In this document: piece after piece, positions 9,633 through 17,816 of the stretch
Numbering within the stretch: position 1 is the first letter of the stretch
How the letters are laid out: the number at the start of each line of letters is the position of its first letter
From: a virus
Taxonomy: Duplodnaviria; Caudoviricetes
IMG/VR virus record: IMGVR_UViG_3300027976_000071
Span: 1 to 44,441 of that record
DNA length: 44,441 bases
Reading direction: 5' to 3' (one strand)
Notes under the pieces: model-generated
Databases searched by the model: none
Told to the model about the DNA's origin: nothing
What the model saw: the letters and a program-made list of their open reading frames with translations, nothing else
Program-made: the position numbers and the translations under genes

Positions 9633-10283
9633 ATGAAGCTAATCACAGAGGCGCTTGATCAGAGTATTGAATTCATCACTGAAGCAAAAGAAGACGGCAC
9701 AAAGAATTATTATATCGAGGGAATTTTCCTTCAGGGTAATATCAAAAATCGTAATGGTAGAATGTATCCTATGGAAACTCTCATGGCTGAAGTAACACGG
9801 TATAATAAAGAATATGTGAAGGAAAACCGGGCGTACGGAGAACTTGGCCACCCACAGGGACCAACTATTAACTTAGAACGTGTTTCTCATATGATTAAGG
9901 AACTTCATCAAGACGGAAACAATGTTATTGGTAGAGCTAAAATCATGGAAACTCCTATGGGTTCTATCGTAAAAAATCTGATGAACGAGGGTGCTCGCTT
10001 GGGTGTTTCGTCTCGTGGTATGGGTTCTTTGGTTCAGAAAAACGGAATCAATGAAGTTCAGAGCGATTTCATGCTGGCCACAGCCGCGGATATTGTTGCC
10101 GACCCGTCTGCCCCAGAAGCGTTTGTTCGGGGTATTATGGAAGGAGTCGAATGGCTTCAAATTGATGAGCGTTGGGTTTCGCAATATACTGATGAGACTC
10201 AGAAAAGTATTCGCGGTGCATCTAAAGCTGATTTACAGGAAGTTAAATTCCGTGCCTTTGCAAAGTTTTTAAGTAAACTCTAA
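9633..10283 (+). CDS. gp21: prohead protease
   Basis: MKLITE, IEGIFLQ..KNRNGRMYP, GELGHP, LGVSSRGMGS, DIVADPSAPEAFV. Confidence 0.97.
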   Translation: MKLITEALDQSIEFITEAKEDGTKNYYIEGIFLQGNIKNRNGRMYPMETLMAEVTRYNKEYVKENRAYGELGHPQGPTINLERVSHMIKELHQDGNNVIGRAKIMETPMGSIVKNLMNEGARLGVSSRGMGSLVQKNGINEVQSDFMLATAADIVADPSAPEAFVRGIMEGVEWLQIDERWVSQYTDETQKSIRGASKADLQEVKFRAFAKFLSKL

Positions 10284-10295
10284 AAGATGTATTTT

Positions 10296-10303
10296 TATAA
10301 ATA
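10296..10303 (+). promoter_or_regulatory. T4-type late promoter
   Basis: TATAAATA upstream of gp22. Confidence 0.85.
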
Positions 10304-10342
10304 ATATTGAATTTGAAACAAGTTTTCAACGGGAGATATGAA

Positions 10343-11410
10343 ATGGGTAAAGAAGAGCTAAATCAGTCAGAACATGATGTAGACGCTGAAGAACTTGATG
10401 AGTTCAAAGCCTCGCTCGGCGATCCGTCTGAATTGCCAGATCCAAAGACAAAGAAAACTACAGAGAAACCAACAAACAAAAAAGAACCAATGCAGAAGTT
10501 GCCAGGAACTAAAACGGGCATGATGAATGCAGTAGTTAAAGAAATGGCGACCATGACTAAAGAAGAGCTCAAAATTGCATATGGTAGAGTTTTCAATGAA
10601 GAACTCTATGATGAAGATGAGTCAGCAGTAGAAGTTGCTGTAAATCGGCTTGTAAAGCTTACTGCGGCTGACATTGATATTTCTGATGATGTTGATGCAA
10701 TGTTCAACGGTTCTGATCTTGACGAAGAGTTCAAAGATCGTATCCGGACAATCTTCGAGGCAGCTGTTCTTGCAAAAATCAATGAGCAGATTGAAAAGAT
10801 TGCTATTGATGCAGAATCAGATGTTGAACTTTCAACTGCCGATGCAGTCGATGAGCTTTCTGAAAAAGTTGATAGTTATCTTGACTATGTTGTTTCGGAA
10901 TGGACAGAAGAAAATAAGCTTTCTATCGAGTCTGGTATTCGAGCAGATATGGTTGAGTCCTTTATGTATGGTCTTAAGAACTTGTTCACCGAACATTACG
11001 TAGATATTCCAGAAAACAGTGTCGATATCGTTGACGAGCTTCTTGTACGAGTTGAAGCGCTTGAATCTGATCTTAATGAAGAAACAGATAAAAACGTATC
11101 GCTTCTCGCTCAGTTAAATTCATATGAAAAAGAAATGTTGTTCGCAGAATCGGTCGGTGGCTTGACCAATCTGCAAGCAGAAAAACTTCGTAGTCTAACC
11201 GAAGGTGTAGATTACAATTCAGCTAGAGATTTTACAAAGAAGATTTCTATGCTTAAGTCACACTACTTTGATATTGACGAGGACGTGACAAACCACTCTG
11301 TTATTCTTGACGATTCGTTCGATCCGATTTCGTTGGATGAAGACGTTAGGAGTCATGGAGCAGCTATGGACGGATATGCCGCGGCTATTTCAAGAACTTC
11401 TAAAAAATAA
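10343..11410 (+). CDS. gp22: prohead scaffolding protein (start ATG 10343 after GGGAG)
   Basis: FKDRIRTIFEAAV, VDSYLDYVVSEW..EN, GLKNLFTEHYVDIP; acidic coiled coil before gp23. Confidence 0.94.
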   Translation: MGKEELNQSEHDVDAEELDEFKASLGDPSELPDPKTKKTTEKPTNKKEPMQKLPGTKTGMMNAVVKEMATMTKEELKIAYGRVFNEELYDEDESAVEVAVNRLVKLTAADIDISDDVDAMFNGSDLDEEFKDRIRTIFEAAVLAKINEQIEKIAIDAESDVELSTADAVDELSEKVDSYLDYVVSEWTEENKLSIESGIRADMVESFMYGLKNLFTEHYVDIPENSVDIVDELLVRVEALESDLNEETDKNVSLLAQLNSYEKEMLFAESVGGLTNLQAEKLRSLTEGVDYNSARDFTKKISMLKSHYFDIDEDVTNHSVILDDSFDPISLDEDVRSHGAAMDGYAAAISRTSKK

Positions 11411-11416
11411 TGATTT

Positions 11417-11424
11417 TATAAATA
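11417..11424 (+). promoter_or_regulatory. T4-type late promoter
   Basis: TATAAATA upstream of gp23. Confidence 0.85.
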
Positions 11425-11467
11425 AACATGAAGCCTGAATTACTTATAAGGTAAGGAGAAAATAAAA

Positions 11468-12856
11468 ATGTTTCTATCTGAAGATCTACAAAAGAAATGG
11501 GCCCCAATCCTTGAGCATCCCGATCTCGTAGCAATTACGGACCCGCATCGCCGAGCTGTAACAGCAACACTTCTTGAAAACCAAGAAAAGGCTTCACGCG
11601 AAGCTGGTGCCGGTTCCGGTGGATATAGTATGCCAACCCTACTGGGCGAAGCTGCACCAACAAATGCTATGGGCGCATCGAGTTCTGTTGCCGCTGATGG
11701 TGCCATTGATATTTTCGACCCAGTGATGATCTCACTTGTTCGTCGTTCAATGCCAAACCTGATTGCTTATGATGTTGCTGGTGTTCAGCCAATGACCGGT
11801 CCAACCGGACTTGTTTTTGCTATGCGTCCGCGATATGCATCGAAGGCTGGTTCTGAAGCGCTTTATAACGAAGCACTAACGAGCTTCTCGGCATCTTCGA
11901 ACAACTCGATTGGTGCTGCAAACATCAAACCGGCTTATAACCAAGCAGCTGGTGCTGGCGCCGCGCAGGCTGGTAACGATCCAACTGCCCGCGCATCTGG
12001 TTCTGGCTACACTGTAGCAACCGGTATGTCAACCTCAACCGCAGAAGCTCTTGGTGGCGCAACAAGCGTTAACTTCTCCGAAATGGCATTCAGCATCGAA
12101 AAGGTTGCTGTTGTGGCTAATTCCCGCGCTCTAAAGGCAGAGTACACGATGGAGCTTGCTCAGGATCTTAAGGCAATTCATGGGCTTGATGCAGAAACAG
12201 AACTAAGCAACATCCTGTCTGCTGAAATTCTTTCTGAAATCAACCGTGAAGTTGTTCGTACGATTAACTACACGGCAACTGCCGGCGCCCAGGAAAATGT
12301 GGTAACAACTGGTACGTTCGATCTAGACGTTGATGCAAACGGCCGCTGGTCAGTAGAGCGCTTCAAGGGCTTGGTATTCCAACTTGAGCGCGAAGCTAAC
12401 AAGATTGCTCAAGCAACTCGTCGTGGCAAGGGCAACATCCTTATCTGTGGTTCGGACGTCGCTTCCGCTCTCCAGATGGCAGGTGTTCTCGATTACACTC
12501 CAGCACTCAGTGCTAACCTGAACGTTGATGACACGGGAAACACCTTCGCGGGTGTTCTTAACGGTCGTATGAAGGTTTATGTAGACCCATACTTCTCAAG
12601 CTCAACCGGTAAGCAATATGCGACAATCGGTTATAAGGGGTCAAGTTCGTTTGATGCTGGCTTGTTCTACTGCCCATACGTTCCTCTTCAGATGGTTCGC
12701 GCGATTGGTGAAAATAGCTTCCAGCCTAAGATCGGCTTCAAGACCCGATACGGTATGGTCGCAAACCCATTCGCAACTACTGCGGCTGATGGTGCGATTT
12801 CGTTCCAGAAGAAGAACATCTACTACCGTATCATCACAATTGCAAACCTAATGTAA
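11468..12856 (+). CDS. gp23: major capsid protein
   Basis: KWAPILEH, GVQPMTGPTGLVFAMR, RALKAEYTMELAQDLKAIHGLDAE, FQPKIGFKTRYG. Confidence 0.99.
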   Translation: MFLSEDLQKKWAPILEHPDLVAITDPHRRAVTATLLENQEKASREAGAGSGGYSMPTLLGEAAPTNAMGASSSVAADGAIDIFDPVMISLVRRSMPNLIAYDVAGVQPMTGPTGLVFAMRPRYASKAGSEALYNEALTSFSASSNNSIGAANIKPAYNQAAGAGAAQAGNDPTARASGSGYTVATGMSTSTAEALGGATSVNFSEMAFSIEKVAVVANSRALKAEYTMELAQDLKAIHGLDAETELSNILSAEILSEINREVVRTINYTATAGAQENVVTTGTFDLDVDANGRWSVERFKGLVFQLEREANKIAQATRRGKGNILICGSDVASALQMAGVLDYTPALSANLNVDDTGNTFAGVLNGRMKVYVDPYFSSSTGKQYATIGYKGSSSFDAGLFYCPYVPLQMVRAIGENSFQPKIGFKTRYGMVANPFATTAADGAISFQKKNIYYRIITIANLM

Positions 12857-12882
12857 TCTGAATATTTAAGAAAAGCGGATAA

Positions 12883-13080
12883 CTACTTAGAGGGGACTTC
12901 GGTCCCCTCTTTTTTTACATCATAGATCGATTCTCTTATAATGAAGTGTAAAGAATCAACTCTAGAATCCAATCTTTTTCTCATATGATTCCATCGGTCG
13001 GCGTGAGTCCGTTCGTCTGAATAAAAACACGCAAATGTCATTGGGTGCGGCTTCCAAAAATGCATTTTAACTGATATCAT
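12883..13080 (-). CDS. small hypothetical protein, possibly 5'-degraded
   Basis: Only ORF in the gp23-gp3 gap; preceded by a minus-strand TTGACA/TATAAT promoter; frame stays open about 100 nt upstream of the ATG. Confidence 0.45.
   Translation of the reverse strand: MISVKMHFWKPHPMTFACFYSDERTHADRWNHMRKRLDSRVDSLHFIIRESIYDVKKEGTEVPSK
12889..12916 (+). terminator. rho-independent terminator after gp23
   Basis: agaggggac-ttcg-gtcccctct followed by a T tract. Confidence 0.92.
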
Positions 13081-13211
13081 TAATTGATTCCATATTTGAT
13101 GATCAACTCGTTTCCGAGCTTTATCCGTGGGCTCCGCGCACAGACTTGTTTCAGAACCCGCTCGGTGCCCTATACTTAACGGATTTTATTTTATAGTTCC
13201 TTATCGTTTCC

Positions 13212-13239
13212 ATTATACACAACCACGGAAAACTGTCAA
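13212..13239 (-). promoter_or_regulatory. sigma70-type promoter (TTGACA-N16-TATAAT)
   Basis: + strand reads attata(13212-17)...tgtcaa(13234-39). Confidence 0.75.
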
Positions 13240-13247
13240 TATAAATA
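13240..13247 (+). promoter_or_regulatory. T4-type late promoter
   Basis: TATAAATA upstream of gp3. Confidence 0.8.
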
Positions 13248-13266
13248 TACAAAAGCGAGGGATTAA

Positions 13267-13779
13267 ATGGCATTATCATCTGGTATCACCGCAACCGGTG
13301 TTGTAAGAAACAAGAATTTTCTGTCTCCACTAGGATTCAGGTTTTTATTGAGTCGCGCGCCTAACGTGGAATATTTCTGTCAGTCTGCCGCGCTACCCTC
13401 GTTGAGTATGGGTGAGGCGCTACAGCCAACTCCATTTGTAACAATTCCACGACCCGGCGATAAGCTAGTCTATGAACTATTTAGTTTGAGATTCCGCGTA
13501 GATGAAGACCTGACTAATTATCTTGAGATACATGATTGGATGGTCGGACTAACACATCCAGAGAACTTCGATCAGTATAGAACACTTGAGTCGAAAGTGT
13601 CAGATGGCTCTATTATTATTCTAACTTCAAATAATAATGCTTCTATTCGAGTCGCGTTCACCAGCATGTTCCCGACCTCGTTATCGTCGCTACCGTTTGA
13701 CATCACTGGTAGCGATATTGAATATCTAGAAGCAGAGGTATCTTTTAGATATCGTAACTTTACAATAGAAACCCTCTAG
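13267..13779 (+). CDS. gp3: tail completion / sheath stabilizer
   Basis: NKNFLSPLGFRF, PNVEYFCQ, RPGDKLVYE, FRVDEDLTNYLEIHDWM; synteny gp23-gp3-uvsY. Confidence 0.88.
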   Translation: MALSSGITATGVVRNKNFLSPLGFRFLLSRAPNVEYFCQSAALPSLSMGEALQPTPFVTIPRPGDKLVYELFSLRFRVDEDLTNYLEIHDWMVGLTHPENFDQYRTLESKVSDGSIIILTSNNNASIRVAFTSMFPTSLSSLPFDITGSDIEYLEAEVSFRYRNFTIETL

Positions 13780-13781
13780 TT

Positions 13782-13832
13782 CTATTGACTTTATATCCAA
13801 ACTGGTTATAATAGGCCTTGCCGCCTTTGAAT
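13782..13832 (+). repeat. 51-bp element (copy B) containing the TTGACT-N16-TATAAT promoter of uvsY
   Basis: TTGACT 13785-90, TATAAT 13807-12; 49/51 identical to the reverse complement of 1554-1604. Confidence 0.9.
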
Positions 13833-13847
13833 GACACAATATAAACA

Positions 13848-14297
13848 ATGGATAGTTTAATGAAACTTGATGAGCTTATTGCAGAATGGCAACAGGATAC
13901 TATAATCGATGAGACAGAATTATCTCGTGAGAGTATCAAGATTCCCAGACTACACGGGAAGTATTTGAAGATGTTTTCAGCAGAACGGTTAAAACTCAGA
14001 GGAATGAAACTCAAGCAAAAACAAACTAATAAAAAACTAATTGATTATTATAGAGGTGATCTTAATACTCCTGAAGATCTGGCAGCGATTAGTAGAGATC
14101 CGTGGGCCAAGACTGTGTTGAAGCAAGATGTCCAGTATTACGTGGATGGTGACGATGAAATGGTTGATTTAAATACACGCATTGCTTACCAATCAGAACT
14201 TGTGGAAGTACTTGAGGAAATAATCAAGAGCTTGAATACCCGCGGGTTTGTAATCAAGAATAGTTTGGATTTCCTGAAATTTACGTCTGGACAATGA
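13848..14297 (+). CDS. uvsY: recombination mediator UvsY (start may be 13860)
   Basis: W..DTIIDETEL..ESIKIPRLHGKY, RGFVIKNSLDF; precedes uvsW. Confidence 0.9.
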   Translation: MDSLMKLDELIAEWQQDTIIDETELSRESIKIPRLHGKYLKMFSAERLKLRGMKLKQKQTNKKLIDYYRGDLNTPEDLAAISRDPWAKTVLKQDVQYYVDGDDEMVDLNTRIAYQSELVEVLEEIIKSLNTRGFVIKNSLDFLKFTSGQ

Positions 14298-14298
14298 T

Positions 14299-15750
14299 TT
14301 GAAACAAGACACTTTATACATCAGTAAAAAAAATGAAGCGTATATGACCGTTGTGGCGGAATCTAGTATCAGATCAGAATTAGCTGATCACTTTTCGTTT
14401 ATGGTTCCGGGTGTCCAGTTTATGGCCGCATATAAGAATAAAATGTGGGATGGCAAGATTCGACTTTATAATACAATGACTGGTGATCTATATTTGGGGC
14501 TCATTTCATATGTTGAGAAGTTTGCTGCTGATCGTGAGTATATGATTGAATACGAAGACAAAATACATGTTAAAACCAACTTCTCAATCGAAGAAGCTAA
14601 ACAGTTCATTTCAACTTTAAAACTCAAATTTGAAGTTAGAGATTATCAGATTGATTCGTTTGTACATGCAGTTCGTGAAGGCCGAGGAGTTGTTGTATCC
14701 CCAACAGCGTCCGGTAAATCGCTGATTATCTATTTGCTTATTCGATACTATGAGTTAAGGTCGTTAATCATAGTTCCTACTACCTCACTAGTCTATCAGA
14801 TGCAAACAGATTTTATTGATTATGGTATGCACGAGGACGATATTCATATCATCATGGGCGGGAAAGAAAAAAAGACAACGCGACCAGTGATAGTCTCCAC
14901 GTGGCAATCGCTGTATAAACTGAACAGAACTTTCTTTGAAGATTATGAAGTAGTGATTGGAGATGAGGTACATCTATTTAAAGCGAAGTCACTAACTTCT
15001 ATTCTAGTTAAAATGGACTCAACTGCTCGCCGCTTCGGTTTTACTGGGACTCTAGACGGCTCTCAAGTCCATAGATTAGTTCTTGAGGGTTTATTTGGCC
15101 CAGTGAAACAGTTCGTAACAACAAAGGATTTAATTAAATCAAAACATCTATCCCCGTTTAGAATAAAGTCGCTAGTGCTTGATTATACAGACGACGAAAA
15201 GAAACAAGTAGCAAAAATGGATTATCAAACTGAAATAACATTTCTCATCGGTCATCCACGTAGAAACAAGTTTATCAAGAACCTAGTTATGTCTCTAAAT
15301 GGAAATACTCTACTTCTTTTTGAGCGAGTTGATACACACGGCCGAATACTATTCGATCTTATAGAAAAGGAAATAAAAGATGAGCGAAAAGTGTTTTTCG
15401 TTTATGGAGGGACTAGCGGAGAAACTCGTGAGCAAATTAGAAAAATTGCCGAGCTGGAGTCAAGTGCTATTATTGTTGCTTCTTATGGCACTTTTAGCAC
15501 AGGGATAAATATTCGTAATCTTCATAATATCATCTTTTCTTCACCCACGAAATCCGTTATACGAGTATTACAGTCCATTGGCCGTGTATTGAGACTTGGG
15601 GATAAAAAGGACCAAGCTACACTATTTGATTTATCTGATGATCTAAGACGCAAATCAAAAAACAATTTCTCGCTTAAACACTTCGCAGAGAGAATAAAGA
15701 TTTATGCTAAAGAAGGATTTGATTACAAAATCTATAATATAAAACTCTAA
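14299..15750 (+). CDS. uvsW: SF2 DNA helicase UvsW
   Basis: WDGKIRL, SPTASGKS, DEVH, GFTGTLDG, LQSIGRVLR; TTG start. Confidence 0.97.
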   Translation: MKQDTLYISKKNEAYMTVVAESSIRSELADHFSFMVPGVQFMAAYKNKMWDGKIRLYNTMTGDLYLGLISYVEKFAADREYMIEYEDKIHVKTNFSIEEAKQFISTLKLKFEVRDYQIDSFVHAVREGRGVVVSPTASGKSLIIYLLIRYYELRSLIIVPTTSLVYQMQTDFIDYGMHEDDIHIIMGGKEKKTTRPVIVSTWQSLYKLNRTFFEDYEVVIGDEVHLFKAKSLTSILVKMDSTARRFGFTGTLDGSQVHRLVLEGLFGPVKQFVTTKDLIKSKHLSPFRIKSLVLDYTDDEKKQVAKMDYQTEITFLIGHPRRNKFIKNLVMSLNGNTLLLFERVDTHGRILFDLIEKEIKDERKVFFVYGGTSGETREQIRKIAELESSAIIVASYGTFSTGINIRNLHNIIFSSPTKSVIRVLQSIGRVLRLGDKKDQATLFDLSDDLRRKSKNNFSLKHFAERIKIYAKEGFDYKIYNIKL

Positions 15751-15761
15751 AGGGTTGACAA

Positions 15762-16103
15762 ATGGATGAGAATGTTTTATATTTCAAATTGGTTACGGGT
15801 GAGGATATAGTTGCTATTACAGATACTATATCCGATGAATACATCTATATTCACAAACCAATTCAGTTTTTCGTTCAAAACTCTGCACACGGTGCAGTTG
15901 TTAGGGTTGCTAAATGGATCCCGTTTTCATCAGCTGAAGATTTTGCACTTAACACAAAGGATATTATGTTAAGTTTTTCGCCGACAAAGGATATTGAAGA
16001 TTATTATTTTGAGGCTATTTCGACATTAGATAAAAAATATCGGCCGCCTAAACTAAACACTACACATGACTATTTCTCTAACACTAGTTTTACGGTGCAT
16101 TGA
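15762..16103 (+). CDS. conserved T4-like hypothetical protein (Sm-like fold possible)
   Basis: KLVTGEDIVA...KWIPFS; usual uvsW-gp55 position. Confidence 0.7.
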   Translation: MDENVLYFKLVTGEDIVAITDTISDEYIYIHKPIQFFVQNSAHGAVVRVAKWIPFSSAEDFALNTKDIMLSFSPTKDIEDYYFEAISTLDKKYRPPKLNTTHDYFSNTSFTVH

Positions 16104-16687
16104 TGATTAAACCCAAAAGAATTAAAAAACCCAAACAACATTATGTAAGCAATAAAGATTTCCTTGTTGCTATGATTGCGTTTAAAGAGGCCGTCGCTGA
16201 ATCCGAACAGCTTAATAAAGCTCGACCGCGAGTTCCAACTTATATCGGCGAGTGTTTAATGAAGATTTCCACTCATCTATCATATAAGCCGAACTTTATT
16301 AACTATTCATTCAAAGAAGAAATGATTTCGGATGGCATAGAAAATTGTCTACAGTATATTGACAATTTCGATCCTGAAAAGTCTTCTAATCCGTTCGCGT
16401 ATTTCACTCAGATAATCTACTTTGCGTTTTTACGGCGAATAGCTAAAGAAAAGAAGTACACATATATCAAACACAAACTGTCAGAGGAAATGGATATTAT
16501 GAATCTGACTAGTGATAATCAGGCGCACGATACGACTGATTATACTCCAGCGACAAAAACGTCTGAATGGACACGAGATCACGTTGGACAATTTATTGAA
16601 GACTTCGAAGAGTCAAAACGCAAAAAGAAACGAAATAAAAAGACAACTCCAATTGACGTATTGATTAATGACGCCGAAGTTTTATAA
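16100..16687 (+). CDS. gp55: late-transcription sigma factor
   Basis: HYVSNKDFL, KPNFINYSFKEEMISDGIENCLQYIDNFDPEKSSNPFAYFTQI. Confidence 0.97.
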   Translation: MMIKPKRIKKPKQHYVSNKDFLVAMIAFKEAVAESEQLNKARPRVPTYIGECLMKISTHLSYKPNFINYSFKEEMISDGIENCLQYIDNFDPEKSSNPFAYFTQIIYFAFLRRIAKEKKYTYIKHKLSEEMDIMNLTSDNQAHDTTDYTPATKTSEWTRDHVGQFIEDFEESKRKKKRNKKTTPIDVLINDAEVL

Positions 16688-16722
16688 ACCAATAACTCTT
16701 TAACAGAGAAAGGAGAATTAGT

Positions 16723-17800
16723 GTGAGTAAAGCAGCTCTTATAACTGATACCCACTTTCGGAGTTAGAAATGATAGCCAATTGCTTCTTGATTTCTTCGA
16801 GAAATTCTATTCTACTATATTCTTCCCTTATTTGCTTGAACACAATATAGACACGATTTACCATTTTGGCGATACCGTCGAGCGCCGCAAATTTATAAAC
16901 TATCTCACACTACACAGATTCCGTGAAATGTTTATGGATAAATGTAGTGAACACAACATCAAACTACATATGCTCGTTGGCAATCATGATATCTATTTCC
17001 GTAATACAAATGCGGTTAATTCGGCTGATGAGTTGTTTTCTAGTAGATATGATAATCTTACTATCTATTCTGAAGCTACGGAAGTAGAGTTTGATGGAAT
17101 TCCACTCGCATTAGTTCCGTGGATTAATAGTACTAATTATGCCGACACAATGGAGTTTCTCGGAAAAACTAAAGCACAGATATTATTCGGGCATCTTGAG
17201 TTGAAAGGATTCGAAATGTACCGCGGGATCAAAAATGATCATGGTATGGACACGGCAGCATTCGATAAGTTTGATATGGTTTGTTCTGGGCATTTTCACC
17301 ACAAGTCATCTCGGAAGAACATCAATTATCTCGGTAGCCCGTATGAAACTAATTGGAACGACTATAATGACCGCCGAGGGTTTCATATATTTGATTCCGA
17401 AACAAGAGAGTTGGAATTTATTCAAAATCCATATCGAATGTTCCACAAGGTGTTCTATGACGACACTGATGTGAAGTTCGAGACTCTAATGGAACGATAT
17501 GATTTTTCTGAATATAAGGATACGTTTGTCAAGTTTATAGTCCAGGCAAAAAACAATCCGTATTGGTTGGATAAAGTACTTGATTCTCTCTATAAAGCAA
17601 ATCCGATTGATGTTTCTATTGTTGAAGACAATAAGCATATGGATTTACTAACGGAAGACGAAATAATCAACGAAGCAGAAGATACACTATCAACTATAAA
17701 TAAGTGCGTTGATAGAATGGAAACCGATGTAGATAAGAGTAGATTGTCTCAGCTGTTTACTTCGTTGTATGTTGAAGCACAAGATATGGTTATAGTATGA
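16723..17800 (+). CDS. gp47: Mre11/SbcD-like recombination nuclease, with a +1 frameshift at about 16756
   Basis: AGGAG + GTG16723 gives MSKAALITDTHF; GVRNDSQLL... is in the +1 frame; later GD, GNHD, GHLE and SGHFH motifs intact. Confidence 0.93.
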
Positions 17801-17816
17801 TTATAGGAGATGAATT

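Noticed and set aside
12857-13266. Absence of a gp24 vertex gene after gp23
   Set aside because: Common in non-enterobacterial T4-like phages, so not unusual
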